DNA of 64,000 bases from an uncultured Pseudomonadota bacterium. GTDB lineage: Bacteria; Vulcanimicrobiota; Vulcanimicrobiia; Eremiobacterales; Eremiobacteraceae. Shown in pieces: positions 18,613 to 29,328 of the stretch. Location of the stretch: the NCBI GenBank assembly GCA_963736005.1, contig CAVTNB010000001.1:672001-736000 (forward strand). The letters are read 5' to 3'. Each line of letters starts with the position of its first letter. Positions within the stretch are counted from its first letter, which is position 1. Under the pieces are notes generated by a model. It had not been told where the DNA came from and did not search any database. It worked only from the letters and a program-made list of their open reading frames with translations. The position numbers and the translations under genes are program-made.

Positions 18613-19160
18613 ATGAAGGGGAGTCGCTCGTGACGCGCAGAGAATTCGATGAGCTTGGCCAAACGTTTTTCTCTCGTCTGCGCTTGCTTTGCGCTTGCGA
18701 CCCAGCCGATGGCCATGCGGCGATAGCCAGGCGGAAAGCTTTGGAAGACATTCCAAGCGGCGCTACTGCGCTTGAAACGCCGCTCGAGCTCTTGGGGCAA
18801 TCGAGTCGGCAGCGGTGGCGTGCGCCGCTTCTGGTGTCCTGCAAATGCTGCCCTTCCCGCTGCAGTCATCCGGCGTTGGGCGATGAGGCGCTTGACGCGC
18901 GTAATGTTCGAAGGTGACCACGAGCTTCGAGGCTGGCGGGGTACGAAGCGCATCATGAAGCGAGCCACGTCGAGAGATTTGATTTTTGTGTCGATCCAGC
19001 CGAAGCATAACGCCTCGTCGAGGGCGTCGCTAAACTCGATTGTCGGCTTGCCGCTGTCTTTCTTGAAGTAAACGAGCCATACTTCAGTCGCCGTCGTGGA
19101 GTGTTTCTTCAACCAGGCGCGCCACTGCGCGGAGTTTTTTGCGTAGGTCAATTTGTCCAT
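18609..19160 (-). CDS. YdeI/OmpD-associated family protein
   Basis: WRAWL..H, EALCFGWID, R.PRSSWS..N, GM.AAG-like segment, W..SAK...TR.KR. Confidence 0.9.
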   Translation of the reverse strand: MDKLTYAKNSAQWRAWLKKHSTTATEVWLVYFKKDSGKPTIEFSDALDEALCFGWIDTKIKSLDVARFMMRFVPRQPRSSWSPSNITRVKRLIAQRRMTAAGRAAFAGHQKRRTPPLPTRLPQELERRFKRSSAAWNVFQSFPPGYRRMAIGWVASAKQAQTREKRLAKLIEFSARHERLPFI

Positions 19161-19186
19161 GGGGCGATTTTCCAATCGCCCCCTAC
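19161..19186. repeat. REP type B filling the whole ispF-ydeI spacer
   Basis: ggggcgattttccaatcgcccc-ctac. Confidence 0.92.
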
Positions 19187-19656
19187 AACTCCATGAGGGT
19201 GGCGGTGGCGAAGGCTGCCATGCCCACGCCTTCCCCTGTGAAACCCATGCCCTCCGTATGCTTTGCCTTCACGCTACACGATTCGAGCCCGATGCCGCAC
19301 GCCTCAGCAAGCACGCTGCGCATCTTCTCAAGGTAGGGAGCAAGCGCGGGCCGCTCTGCAACGATGGTGCAGTCCACGTTGCCGACTCGAAACCCGCTCT
19401 CGACAATGCTTTTTACGGCGCGGTGAAGCAAGAGCACGCTGTCGGCGCCTGCGAATTCCGGATTCCCGGCCGGAAACATCGTGCCGCAGTCGCCTAAAGC
19501 CGCTGCGCCAAGCAATGCGTCGATCAGCGCATGCGCAACAACGTCAGCGTCGGAATAGCCTTCGAGCCCGCGATCGAAGGGAATCCGGCAACCGCCAAGG
19601 ACGAGCGGTCGACCTGCTACCAGTCGGTGGGCATCGAATCCAAATCCGAGTCTCAT
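19183..19656 (-). CDS. ispF: MECDP synthase
   Basis: G.GFDAHRL, SDADV..HA..DALLGA, KAKHTEGMG. Confidence 0.96.
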   Translation of the reverse strand: MRLGFGFDAHRLVAGRPLVLGGCRIPFDRGLEGYSDADVVAHALIDALLGAAALGDCGTMFPAGNPEFAGADSVLLLHRAVKSIVESGFRVGNVDCTIVAERPALAPYLEKMRSVLAEACGIGLESCSVKAKHTEGMGFTGEGVGMAAFATATLMEL

Positions 19657-19670
19657 TGTAGATCGCCCCC

Positions 19671-20402
19671 CTATGAGGTGCGGTTAGCGGCGATGCGCTC
19701 TGCGACGACGAGGTCTTCCTGCGTCGTTATTTTCAAGTTTTGGTACGAACTTTCGACGATGGCAACACTCACGCTGCCTAACCGCTCGACGAGTTCAGCG
19801 TCATCCGTGGCAAGAAAACCCGCCTCTTCGGCATCCTCGTGCGCTCTGAAAAGAACATCAAAGGCAAACGCTTGAGGTGTCTGGGCAGCCCACACGCGAT
19901 CGCGGGGGATCGTTTTGAGGATGGCCCCCGATTCGCCCGCCTGCTTGATTGTGTCTTTGACCGGGACGGCCGCAATCGCGCCGCCAAACTCTCGTGCCTT
20001 TTCAATCACGCTGCGCAATAGATCGCCTGTGAGAAACGGTCTGGCTCCGTCGTGGACAACCACGAGTTCAACCGGATGGGTTATCGCGCGCAGTGCTGCA
20101 AAAACGGAATCTTGCCGACGGACACCGCCGGGCACGATCGCGCGTACTTTGTTTGGGGTGATTCGTTGCGAGAGCACTTCGAATTGGTCGCGCTCGTCGG
20201 GCTCGCACGCGATGACCACCTGCGTCACGATAGGCGATCTCGCGAACACTTCAAGCGACCAAGCGGCAACGGGTTTGCCGCCGAGTTGCAGGAGCTGCTT
20301 GCGCTGACCAAGGCGTATGCCGCGACCGGCCGCGGCGAGGATTGCGCAGACCGAGGGGACGACGTGCCAATCGCCTCCTGCCCTAGCGTTTGAGTTTTGC
20401 AA
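19671..20402 (-). CDS. ispD: MEP cytidylyltransferase (start uncertain)
   Basis: [33 protein letters not shown]. Confidence 0.95.
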   Translation of the reverse strand: MQNSNARAGGDWHVVPSVCAILAAAGRGIRLGQRKQLLQLGGKPVAAWSLEVFARSPIVTQVVIACEPDERDQFEVLSQRITPNKVRAIVPGGVRRQDSVFAALRAITHPVELVVVHDGARPFLTGDLLRSVIEKAREFGGAIAAVPVKDTIKQAGESGAILKTIPRDRVWAAQTPQAFAFDVLFRAHEDAEEAGFLATDDAELVERLGSVSVAIVESSYQNLKITTQEDLVVAERIAANRTS

Positions 20403-21432
20403 AGATCATTCGGCCGGCGGCCGTCTGCAGCACGGACGTCACGAGCACCTCAACATCTTCGCCCATGACGCGTTTGCCATTCTCAACAACGATCATCGTC
20501 CCATCATCGAGGTAGGCCACGCCTTGGTTTGGCTCTTTTCCATCCTTGACAACCTTGGCCAGCATTTCTTCTCCAGGCATCACCACCGGCTTCAATGCAT
20601 TCGCGAGCTCGTTGATGTTGAGCACGGCAACTCCTTGAACTTTGGCAACCCGATTGAGATTGTAATCATTCGTAAGAATTTGGGCGCCAAGGGTGCGGCC
20701 GAGTGAAATAAGCTTTCCGTCGACATCTCGTTCGGGGGCGTCGTGTTCTGATACCTCAAGCCCTGGCGACGCCTCGCGAAGCTTGTTGAGCACCTCGAGG
20801 CCGCGCCGGCCCCGGCTGCGCTTGACCGGATCGGCGGAATCGGCGATCAACTGCAATTCGCGCAGGACGAACTTTGGCACCATGAGCCGTCCATCCAAGA
20901 AGCCTGCTTGCACGATTTCGAGGATGCGGCCGTCGACGATGACGGACGTATCGAGCAGCTTCGGTGCGACTTCGCTGTGATATGCCGCGCCGCGAGACCA
21001 CCACGTGAGGCGCTGTCGCAAGCCGAGCCGCACTCCAAAGTAACCAAAGAACAGCGTGATGACTGCGTAAATGACGAACGAGATGAGCGGACCGAAGCGC
21101 GGCAGCTGCGCGAAGGGCGCGAAGATGTCGCGCACGAGAAAGGCGACGACAAGACCGACAATGAGCCCAATGGCCCCGGACAGCGCCTCCGCCGGTGCCC
21201 GTCGCGCAATCGCCTCTTCGATCCCGCTGACGAGCCGCTCGAACCCACGAGCGGCGAGCGGTGAGATCGCGATGCCGACCAGCGTACCGAGCAGCGGCAA
21301 ACCGACGAAGCGGAGGTCGTACTGAAAGCGCGTGTCGATCGGCAAGTTGATCGACCGCGCAATCTCGTGGCCGATCAAAAGACCAATCAGCCCAAACAGC
21401 GACGCGAACACGACGCGGAAAATTAAATTCAC
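20383..21432 (-). CDS. PIN/TRAM domain membrane protein (YacL family)
   Basis: Four TM helices, [48 protein letters not shown]. Confidence 0.93.
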   Translation of the reverse strand: MNLIFRVVFASLFGLIGLLIGHEIARSINLPIDTRFQYDLRFVGLPLLGTLVGIAISPLAARGFERLVSGIEEAIARRAPAEALSGAIGLIVGLVVAFLVRDIFAPFAQLPRFGPLISFVIYAVITLFFGYFGVRLGLRQRLTWWSRGAAYHSEVAPKLLDTSVIVDGRILEIVQAGFLDGRLMVPKFVLRELQLIADSADPVKRSRGRRGLEVLNKLREASPGLEVSEHDAPERDVDGKLISLGRTLGAQILTNDYNLNRVAKVQGVAVLNINELANALKPVVMPGEEMLAKVVKDGKEPNQGVAYLDDGTMIVVENGKRVMGEDVEVLVTSVLQTAAGRMIFAKLKR

Positions 21433-21436
21433 GGCG

Positions 21437-22648
21437 TCACCTAACGGCTGCGAGCTCGGGTTCGAGAAACTCGGCGCACACCGGGTTGGCAAGCAAGCGC
21501 CCCGATTGCGTCAGCCGCATCCCCCGTTCGTCTTCTTCGAGAAGCCCTAATGCCTTGCATTTTTCTCGAGCGCGCGCGAAGGCTGCTTTCGCATCCACGC
21601 CAAAGCGCCGGAGAAAATCCTCATGTTCGATGCCGGCCGAGCTGCGCAACGCGAGCATTGCCGCTTCCCCCACGCGCGCCGTTTCGGAAAGTCGTTCTTC
21701 TTCTTCAATAGGAGAATCGCCGCGCTCGAGTCTGTCGCAGTAATGAGCCATCGATCGCGTATTTCTGTAGCGCAGGCCATCACGATAACCGGCGGCCGAC
21801 ATCCCAAAGGCCAGACAATTTCGTTGGCGCCAGTAGCCGAGATTATGCGCGCTTTCAAAACCGGGCCGGGCGAAATTTGAAATCTCGTAGTGTGTCATGC
21901 CCGCGCGCGTCAGAACTGTGTGAGCGCGGTCGAGCAAGTTGGCAACAACATCATCGTCCGGAAATGCTGCCGGATCGCGGCGGTGCCAGCGCGCATACGG
22001 GGTCGCGCCTTCGATGGTAAGCCCGTAAGCGGAAACGTGCTCGGGCTCAAGGTGCAGTGCTCGTTCGAGCGAGCGCTCGAACGAGGCTTCCGATTGCCCT
22101 GGCACGCCGACCATGAGATCCAGGCTTACATTTGCGAATCCTGCAGCTCTTGCCGCGCGGTAAAATGAGATGGCTTGTGCCGCATCGTGCTCTCTGCCAA
22201 GCCGGCGCAACTCATGGTCGTCGAAGGATTGCACGCCAATGGAAAGACGGTTGACCCCAAATGCCAACCAGTCATCGAGGCTAGCTGTCGCGCGCGATGG
22301 GTTTGCCTCCAAGGTGAACTCGATGCTGCCTGGCCAGGTCGCAAAGCGATCAAAAATTGTTCGGGTAACTTTTTGGAACCAAGGGCGCGGTAGTGTTGAG
22401 GGAGTTCCCCCGCCGAAATAGAGCGTCTGGATGGGACCAACGAGCGGACCTAAAGGTCCGCTGCTACATATTTCTGTGATGAGCGCTGACATGTAGCGCG
22501 ACGTATGCTCTTCTTTGTACCGGACAACCGCGAAGTCGCAGTAGGGACAAATCCGATCGCAAAATGGAATGTGCACGTAACAGCCCGTGCCGGCATCGCT
22601 CGTGTGCGCGAACCACTTGGGTCCAGCTACCACTGCAACAGCCTTCAT
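21437..22648 (-). CDS. hemW: Radical SAM heme chaperone HemW (HemN-like)
   Basis: YVHIPFC..IC.YCDF, GGGTPS, EANP, YEISNFA, HNLGYW; start at MKAVAV. Confidence 0.9.
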   Translation of the reverse strand: MKAVAVVAGPKWFAHTSDAGTGCYVHIPFCDRICPYCDFAVVRYKEEHTSRYMSALITEICSSGPLGPLVGPIQTLYFGGGTPSTLPRPWFQKVTRTIFDRFATWPGSIEFTLEANPSRATASLDDWLAFGVNRLSIGVQSFDDHELRRLGREHDAAQAISFYRAARAAGFANVSLDLMVGVPGQSEASFERSLERALHLEPEHVSAYGLTIEGATPYARWHRRDPAAFPDDDVVANLLDRAHTVLTRAGMTHYEISNFARPGFESAHNLGYWRQRNCLAFGMSAAGYRDGLRYRNTRSMAHYCDRLERGDSPIEEEERLSETARVGEAAMLALRSSAGIEHEDFLRRFGVDAKAAFARAREKCKALGLLEEDERGMRLTQSGRLLANPVCAEFLEPELAAVR

Positions 22649-23487
22649 TGCAAGAACGCGACCCCAACCGCACCGGGACCCGCATGCGTTCCCACGGTTG
22701 GGCCGACACAGCTCTGAATCAGCAGAGCGGGCGCCACCGCCTGCTCGATGCGCCTCGCCACGGAATCCGCGAGATCCGGCGCGACGGAATGCAGGATCGC
22801 GACGCGCGCCGTCCCTCTTGCGTGAATACGGGTGGTCACAACCTCCACCATCCGATCGACGGCGCGAGCGAACGTTCGCACCTTGGAATATTCGGCAACT
22901 TCGCCGTCGCGCAACGTGATGATCGGCACGATCTTCAGCACATTTCCGAGCACGCTTTGCAATTGGCCAATGCGGCCGCCCCGAGCCAGGTATGTCAACG
23001 TGGGAATGGTGGCAAACAATTCCACTTTCTTTGCGCTCGCCTGCGCCCGATCGACGATCGCTTCGAGGTCGAGCCCAGTTCGCGCATCCTCTGCGGCTTG
23101 GAGTGCGAGCAAGCCGAGGGCGAGCGTTGCGGTGCCTGAATCGATCACCCTGATCCGCTCCCCATCCACTTCTTGCGCCGCCGAGAGTGCTGAGTTGTAC
23201 GTGCCTGAGAGTTTGGAGGACAGGTGCAGCGAGACGATGCCCGACGCACCGGCTCCGAGCAGTTGGGTATAGACTGCGACAAACGCTGAGGGCGAGGGCT
23301 GAGCAGTGGTAGGAGGTTGTTGGCTCGTTTCGAGTTTGTGGTAAAAGTCCTCGCGCGAGAGATCGACGCCGTCGCGATACACTTGGTTCCCGAATGACAC
23401 GCTGAGTGGAACGACTACGATGTTGTGAGAAGCAGCGAGTTCTCCGAGATCCGCGGTCGAATCGGTGACGACCGCAACCGCACTCAC
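22645..23487 (-). CDS. DegV family fatty-acid binding protein (FakB-like)
   Basis: VTDSTADL, TTAQPSP, LSSKLSGTYNSA, LARGGRI, THAGPG. Confidence 0.93.
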   Translation of the reverse strand: MSAVAVVTDSTADLGELAASHNIVVVPLSVSFGNQVYRDGVDLSREDFYHKLETSQQPPTTAQPSPSAFVAVYTQLLGAGASGIVSLHLSSKLSGTYNSALSAAQEVDGERIRVIDSGTATLALGLLALQAAEDARTGLDLEAIVDRAQASAKKVELFATIPTLTYLARGGRIGQLQSVLGNVLKIVPIITLRDGEVAEYSKVRTFARAVDRMVEVVTTRIHARGTARVAILHSVAPDLADSVARRIEQAVAPALLIQSCVGPTVGTHAGPGAVGVAFLQ

Positions 23488-24524
23488 GACGAAGAAGCTT
23501 CGGCCGCCGGTGGCGACGTGGAGGCAGCCGCGACCATCCCTCCGATGCTGCCAACGAGATCCTGGCGCACCGCGCGCAACGCAGTTCGACAAGCACTGAT
23601 GATGGCGCGGGCGTCGGCGCGCCCGTGCCCAACCAGACATATGCCGCGCACGCCGAGCAGCGGCGCGCCGCCATATTCACGATGGTCGAAACGCTTGCGC
23701 AACGCCCGCAGTGCAGGCTTGAGGATTTGCAAACCAATCATGCCTCGGACGTTTGCCTTGGCGTGTTCGAGCAAGACGCCAAAGAAGTATTCGCCCGCGG
23801 CTTCGGCCAGCTTGAGCGCGACGTTGCCCACAAAACCGTCGCACACGACGACATCCGCGTCGCCGAGCAGGAGATCGCGGCCTTCGACGTTACCCACGAA
23901 ATTAATTGGTGCAGCTTCCAGCAGAGGAAAGGATGCCTCGGTGAGCCCGTTACCCTTATCCTCTTCCTCTCCCACGGAAAGCAAGCCCACTTTCGGGTTC
24001 TCAACACCCAAGACAAAATGCGAATACGCGCTGCCCATGATGCCAAATTGCATGAGCCACTCGGGCCTGCAGTCAACGTTCGCGCCGGCATCGAGCAAGA
24101 GCATAGGCCCCTTGCGGGCCGGCCACGCCGTCGCGATCGCGGGCCGCGCAATGCCGGGCAGCGTGCGCAGACGGACTGTGGCAATGGCGAGAAAGGCGCC
24201 GCTGTTGCCGGCGCTAAACGCAGCATGCGCCGTGCCCTCGTGAACGAGATCGACCATCTTCCCCATCGAGGTGCTCGGCCCGCGCCGCACTGCGGCGGCC
24301 GGTGCTTCATCCATCGCAACGGCCCCCTCGGCATGAACGACGGCGATGGTCGGGGGCAGTCCGCCGGCCTGCTTAGCGATTTCTTCGATGCGTGCTCGAT
24401 CGCCAACCAGCGCGATGCGACAGTCTAAAACGCGAGCCGCCTGGCAGGCGCCGGTGACGATTTCTTCCGGCGCGTGATCGCCGCCCATCGCGTCGATCGC
24501 GATACAAATATCTCTGTCGTTCAC
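23484..24524 (-). CDS. plsX: Phosphate acyltransferase PlsX
   Basis: IAIDAMGGDHAP, SAGNSGA, LDAGAN, CDGFVGN, GGAPLLG. Confidence 0.96.
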   Translation of the reverse strand: MNDRDICIAIDAMGGDHAPEEIVTGACQAARVLDCRIALVGDRARIEEIAKQAGGLPPTIAVVHAEGAVAMDEAPAAAVRRGPSTSMGKMVDLVHEGTAHAAFSAGNSGAFLAIATVRLRTLPGIARPAIATAWPARKGPMLLLDAGANVDCRPEWLMQFGIMGSAYSHFVLGVENPKVGLLSVGEEEDKGNGLTEASFPLLEAAPINFVGNVEGRDLLLGDADVVVCDGFVGNVALKLAEAAGEYFFGVLLEHAKANVRGMIGLQILKPALRALRKRFDHREYGGAPLLGVRGICLVGHGRADARAIISACRTALRAVRQDLVGSIGGMVAAASTSPPAAEASSS

Positions 24525-24525
24525 C

Positions 24526-26190
24526 TTAACGTTCGATCGATATGACGTAGTCAGAAGCAGCCTGACCGCCATAGTACGCCTCAACAACGGTGTTTGGGTA
24601 GGCCGCCCGCAATGCCTTTGCCAGCAGCTCGGCGTCCTTGCGCTTGCGCATGCCTCCGTAATACAAAGTGATCAAGGAAGCATTCGTCGCTTCCGCTTCG
24701 CGTACCATCGACGCGGCGATCGTCGCCGCATCCGGTCCCTTTACAACGGCTTCCGGCTTTCCGTTGCGCGAGTCGAGCGCACCCATGAGCTCCCCATGCC
24801 GAACGCTCTTGCCGCCATATGTGGTGTCACGCCCAGCTCGAAAGATTGATCCGCTCGCACAGAGGGTGGATTCGGCGATGAGGTGTTCCGGATCGCTGAT
24901 CTTGTCAGTCGGCTCGTTGAGCAACCCAAAAAGCGTCGCGATCCCTTCGGGGATGGTCCGGGTTGGTACGACGACGACCTGTCTGTCGGTCAGCGGCTGT
25001 ACTTCGCGGGCCGCAGCAATGACGTTCTTGTCATTGGGAAAGAGGTAGACGACTGGCGCGAGCACCTTGTTCACCGCCACCAGGAGGTCTTTGACCGACG
25101 GATTCATGGAGGGCCCACCGTTCACGGTGACATCGGCGCCCAGCTCCTTGCAAATCTTTGCGAAACCATCGCCGGGAACCACACAGACGATGCCGCGCGG
25201 TTTGGACTCGCGATCCACCACGAGCACGTTGTGCTGCTCTTCCATATTGTCGACCTTCGTGCGCGAGACTTCGCCGAACTCTTGAGCGAGAGCCATGACT
25301 TTGTTGGGATAGTCAGTGTGGATGTGCACGCGGAGCGCTCCGTCGCCACCCGCCACGATCAGAGAATCACCATGACTTGCGAGCAAGTTGCGCAAGGCAA
25401 GCGAGCTCATCGTTTCAGTCGCGAGCACGAACTCCGTGCAGAAGCGGTGCTCTTCCACTTTTTGGCGGGCGGTAAAAGTTGTGCGCCGAACCGGACGCCG
25501 GGGGAAGGCGGTGGTGTACGGCGCTCTGCCTGGCAGCATTCGAATGGGGCCTTCCATGAAGTAAACGAATCCTTGACCACCGGCGTCGACTACCTTGGCT
25601 TCTTTCAGCACGGCGAGTTGCTCGGGTGTTTTTTCGAGCGCCTCGTTGGCTGCATTCACGATTGCGTGCAAGACGGCGAAGAAGTCGGGCTCGCTCACCG
25701 CAGTTCTGAACGCGGCGTTCGCTGCAGCCGCCGCAACCGAGAGAATCGTACCTTCGACCGGTTTCAGCAATGCTTGCCGTGCTGCGTGCACGGCGTCTTG
25801 CATGGCGGACGCAAGATCGCGCGTTTCAATTGATTGCCGGTGTCGAACAGCCTGCGCGAATGCGCGGAACATCTGCGATAGAATAACACCTGAGTTTCCC
25901 CGTGCCCCCATGAGCGAACCTGATGCTGCGGCGGCGGCGGCGACTGAGAGGTCGTCAGTTTTGGATCGGCTCGCTTCGACCATGGCCGACCGCACGGTCA
26001 TGTACATATTCGTTCCAGTGTCGCCGTCTGGAACCGGGAAGACATTGAGATCGTTGACGACGGAGCGATACTTGCGAAGAAAATAAGTGCCAGCGACCAA
26101 AAAACGAAAAAATGCTCTTCCGCCGCACCGTGTAACGGGTGGCGGATGCAGTTTGGATGCGACGGAAGTTGGTGCTTCTCGATCGTGCAT
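24526..26190 (-). CDS. DAK2 domain protein (fatty acid kinase FakA/YloV family)
   Basis: LNVFPVPDGDTGTNM, GARGNSGVILSQ, PVEGTILSV, VVDAGG, FCTEF, MNPS. Confidence 0.93.
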   Translation of the reverse strand: MHDREAPTSVASKLHPPPVTRCGGRAFFRFLVAGTYFLRKYRSVVNDLNVFPVPDGDTGTNMYMTVRSAMVEASRSKTDDLSVAAAAAASGSLMGARGNSGVILSQMFRAFAQAVRHRQSIETRDLASAMQDAVHAARQALLKPVEGTILSVAAAAANAAFRTAVSEPDFFAVLHAIVNAANEALEKTPEQLAVLKEAKVVDAGGQGFVYFMEGPIRMLPGRAPYTTAFPRRPVRRTTFTARQKVEEHRFCTEFVLATETMSSLALRNLLASHGDSLIVAGGDGALRVHIHTDYPNKVMALAQEFGEVSRTKVDNMEEQHNVLVVDRESKPRGIVCVVPGDGFAKICKELGADVTVNGGPSMNPSVKDLLVAVNKVLAPVVYLFPNDKNVIAAAREVQPLTDRQVVVVPTRTIPEGIATLFGLLNEPTDKISDPEHLIAESTLCASGSIFRAGRDTTYGGKSVRHGELMGALDSRNGKPEAVVKGPDAATIAASMVREAEATNASLITLYYGGMRKRKDAELLAKALRAAYPNTVVEAYYGGQAASDYVISIER

Positions 26191-26203
26191 GGTTGTTCGG
26201 GCC

Positions 26204-26232
26204 TTGAAGGCCTACCGACCGTGTGATATTAT
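26204..26232 (+). promoter_or_regulatory. Sigma70-type promoter of rpmB
   Basis: TTGAAG-17 nt-TATTAT with extended TG. Confidence 0.65.
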
Positions 26233-26281
26233 GTCTCGGTGTAGCAGCGGACCTTTAGGACCGCCTTCTTGAGGAAATTTC

Positions 26282-26473
26282 GTGGCAAAGAGATGCGATG
26301 TCTGCGGCAAGGGCCCGGCATCAGGGAACAACGTCAGTCATTCGATGCGCAAGACGAGGCGCCGGTGGCTACCCAATCTACAGTCAGTTCGGGTTCGCGA
26401 AGCAGGGACCGTGAAGACGGCTCGCGTCTGCTCGTCATGTTTGCGTTCACGCAAGGTCGTCCGCGCGGTTTAA
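26282..26473 (+). CDS. rpmB: 50S ribosomal protein L28
   Basis: CDVCGK...GNNVSHS..KT.R.W.PNLQ; GAGGA SD. Confidence 0.97.
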   Translation: MAKRCDVCGKGPASGNNVSHSMRKTRRRWLPNLQSVRVREAGTVKTARVCSSCLRSRKVVRAV

Positions 26474-27472
26474 ATGATCGTATCCCCGCGGGGCATGCTC
26501 GCGACGATTCCCGTCTTCGAGTGTCCACACTTTCCCATCACCTTGTTCGAAATGTCCGGCAACCCATAACTCGCGTCCGAACCGCGCTTTGAAGCGGCGT
26601 GCGATGTGCTGGTAGGCACGAGGATCGACTGCCGCTAGTAATTCGTAGTCATCACCGCCGTAAAGCATGAGCTCCAAAGAGTTGTCGAAAGAGGCTAGTG
26701 CTTTCGGGCAGTGCCGGCGCAATGCGTCGACGTCGAGACAAACATCGAGTTTGGAGGCGCTTGCCATCCGCCAGGCGTCTAACGACAGCCCGTCGGAGAT
26801 ATCCATCATCGCGTGCGTGGAGCGCGATGCGCCAAGAAACTTCCCTTCGGGAACCCGTGGAGTCGGGGTGTCGTAGGCGGCGCGCAGCAGCGCCGCGTCA
26901 ACGGGATCGATTCGAGATGAGCGGACCTGAAGGACCGCTGCTACACCCGCTTTGAGAGCCGCTGCGGAAAGACCCAGCGCGCCCGTCACACACGCAAAAT
27001 CGCCAGCCTTTGCCGCGCAGCGCAACCGAAGATTGCTCTTGCGCACTTCTCCGATCACGGTCACCGCAATGAAGAGTGCGGGTGCGCGCACGATGTCGCC
27101 GCCTGCGATCGCGCACCCGTAGCGCTTCGCGAGTGTGCCCATGCCATGATAGAACGTGCGAACCCACGTTTCGTCCACGCGATCGGTGACGCCAAGAGCG
27201 ACGACCGCGAGCGTGGGGCTGCCCCCCATCGCTGCGATATCTGAAAAATTAACTGCAAGCGCCTTATGCCCGAGCGCACCCGGACTCGTTGCTCCCAAGC
27301 GAAAGTGAACCTCATCGACGAGAGCGTCGGTGCTAACAAGCGACAGATGCGATCGGCGCGTCTTCCAAACAGCGGCATCGTCTCCGATGCCCACACGCAG
27401 GAGACGCGGCTGCTGGCCCAATACTTCGGCAATGCCGGCAACGAGCCGGTCCTCGGTGAGCTCCGTCGTCAG
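26447..27472 (-). CDS. thiL: Thiamine-monophosphate kinase (probable CTG start)
   Basis: [41 protein letters not shown]. The typical N-terminal E..L. helix lies upstream of the ORF-track start. Confidence 0.92.
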   Translation of the reverse strand: MTTELTEDRLVAGIAEVLGQQPRLLRVGIGDDAAVWKTRRSHLSLVSTDALVDEVHFRLGATSPGALGHKALAVNFSDIAAMGGSPTLAVVALGVTDRVDETWVRTFYHGMGTLAKRYGCAIAGGDIVRAPALFIAVTVIGEVRKSNLRLRCAAKAGDFACVTGALGLSAAALKAGVAAVLQVRSSRIDPVDAALLRAAYDTPTPRVPEGKFLGASRSTHAMMDISDGLSLDAWRMASASKLDVCLDVDALRRHCPKALASFDNSLELMLYGGDDYELLAAVDPRAYQHIARRFKARFGRELWVAGHFEQGDGKVWTLEDGNRREHAPRGYDHLNRADDLA

Positions 27473-28152
27473 ACCTCACATAACTTTCGGGCGCGAGCGA
27501 TCGTCTCCGCAGGATCTGCGGTCGCAAAGATACCGGAACCCATGACGACGTTATCGGCGCCTGCGCGAACCACGTCAGCTAGGTTATTGAGACTGACGCC
27601 GCCATCCACTTCAAGTTCCACGCGGCTTCGGTGCCGGTCGAGCAGCTCGCGTGCGGCTGCAATCTTGCGAGTCGACGTGGGAATGTAGCTCTGGCCAGAA
27701 AAGCCAGGATTGACGCTCATGATAAGTAGCAGATCGAGGTAAGGCAAAATTTCATCGAGCACGTTGAGGGGCGTCGCTGGGTTGAGGGAGAGCCCTGCGC
27801 GCACTCCCAATTTCTTAATTTGCGAAATGAGAAGGTGCGCGTGCGGCGCGACTTCCCAATGTACGGTGATGGTGTTTGAACCAGCAGCGGCAAATTCGGC
27901 AATGTAGCGCTCCGGCTCGACGATCATGAGGTGAGTGTCAAATGGCAGACTCGTCAGCTTTCGTAAGTCCGTTATGATCTTTGGACCCCAGGTTATGTTG
28001 GGAACGAACCTGCCGTCCATGACGTCGAGATGCAAAAAGTCGACGCCGGCTTGCTCGACCAGTGCGATCTCTTGTTTGATGTTGGCGAAATCGGCAGCCA
28101 AAAGCGAAGGGCCAATCTTGACTTTGCGCCTCGAACCATTACCGTGCGGCAT
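27469..28152 (-). CDS. rpe: Ribulose-phosphate 3-epimerase
   Basis: PSLLAADF, HLDVMDG.FVPN, MSVNPGF.GQ, EVDGG. Confidence 0.97.
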   Translation of the reverse strand: MPHGNGSRRKVKIGPSLLAADFANIKQEIALVEQAGVDFLHLDVMDGRFVPNITWGPKIITDLRKLTSLPFDTHLMIVEPERYIAEFAAAGSNTITVHWEVAPHAHLLISQIKKLGVRAGLSLNPATPLNVLDEILPYLDLLLIMSVNPGFSGQSYIPTSTRKIAAARELLDRHRSRVELEVDGGVSLNNLADVVRAGADNVVMGSGIFATADPAETIARARKLCEV

Positions 28153-28199
28153 TAGCGCATCGTTTCAACAAGCGGAGCGAAAGGTCTTTGGGGCGACGA

Positions 28200-28225
28200 G
28201 GGGCGATTTTCCAATCGCCCCCTAC
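28200..28225. repeat. REP type B
   Basis: ggggcgattttccaatcgcccc-ctac. Confidence 0.92.
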
Positions 28226-29328
28226 AACGGGGTCGAGCTCACCAGCTTGTCGTTCACGTAGGTTTCAATCGTCCCTTGGCCGACCACAGTCACGTCGAAC
28301 GAAAGCGTGACGCCCCCATTGGTCGTTTGATCGAAAATGATCCGTGAGCCAGTTGCGTCTTCCAGCACAACGCGGACGGGTTGGGCGACGTCCGACTGCG
28401 GCAGCGCCACTGAAATGCGCATGGTGCGTGAGGCGCCGGGTGACGCAAGGAGCGCGCTTGGGGCGGGCGAGGGGGAAGGAGCTGGTGAGCCAGCGAGCGG
28501 CAACGACGTTGCGATGGGGCTTGGCGTTGGCGTGGCGGGAGCACCACCCGAAATTTGCAGTGAAATCTTTTGGCCTGGCGTGAGTTGCTGTCCGGCAACC
28601 GGATCTTGCGCCACCACTGTCCCCTTGGGCTTTGCGCCAGGGGTGATGGGCATGTCCGTGATGCTTCCTAGAGCGATGTTCGCATCGCCGGCCGCTTTTT
28701 TGGCAAAATCGATCGACATCCCGATGAAACTCGGCGCGTACATCTGCGGACGTCCTTGTGCCACGGTCACATCGACCGTGCTACCTGCGGAGAGCGAGGT
28801 AAACGGATCTGGACGTTGCCCCAAGACGACGCCCGCGACCACTCCAAGATTCGTCGTCTCTTTCACTGTTCCCAAGCTGAGATGCGCATTACCAAGGGCA
28901 ACTTTTGCGTCGCGGAGAGAAAGGTTGCTCAGGTTTGGCGCTTTCACCATAGGAACGCCGTCGGAGAGAATCACGTCGATGACGCGGCCTTCGCGAACTT
29001 TCTCTCCCGCGCTCGGCAACTGTCCGATGATCACGTCCTTTGGCGCGTGAAAGTCGGCGCGGTGTGCCACAACGCGCAGTCCGACGTGCGCTGACGCCGA
29101 CAGCGAGCGCGCCTCGTCAAACGGCATGCCAATAAATGGTGGAACGGTGATCGGTCGACCCGCAGGCGTGAGCCAGCTAAACGCCGCAATTGCAACGACT
29201 GCGATGGCGACCACCAAAGCGATGAGCGAGATGAGCGGCAGGTAGTCGACCCAGCTTCGGCTGCGCCGAGCGCTCGCGTGGGTCGGTCGCGGGCGTCGGC
29301 GGCGCGAGCGGCCAGCGTCGTCACTCAT
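28222..29328 (-). CDS. Membrane-anchored protein with three PASTA domains, no kinase domain
   Basis: One TM; three VP..G...A / V..Q.P..G repeats; Pro-rich linker. Confidence 0.88.
   Translation of the reverse strand: MSDDAGRSRRRRPRPTHASARRSRSWVDYLPLISLIALVVAIAVVAIAAFSWLTPAGRPITVPPFIGMPFDEARSLSASAHVGLRVVAHRADFHAPKDVIIGQLPSAGEKVREGRVIDVILSDGVPMVKAPNLSNLSLRDAKVALGNAHLSLGTVKETTNLGVVAGVVLGQRPDPFTSLSAGSTVDVTVAQGRPQMYAPSFIGMSIDFAKKAAGDANIALGSITDMPITPGAKPKGTVVAQDPVAGQQLTPGQKISLQISGGAPATPTPSPIATSLPLAGSPAPSPSPAPSALLASPGASRTMRISVALPQSDVAQPVRVVLEDATGSRIIFDQTTNGGVTLSFDVTVVGQGTIETYVNDKLVSSTPL

Noticed and set aside
22649..23737. Apparent long N-terminal extension of HemW (766-aa ORF)
   Set aside because: It overlaps degV and plsX in another frame; the real start is at 22648. 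The long gltX, rlmB, cysS, hpnE and pfp extensions were trimmed for the same reason.
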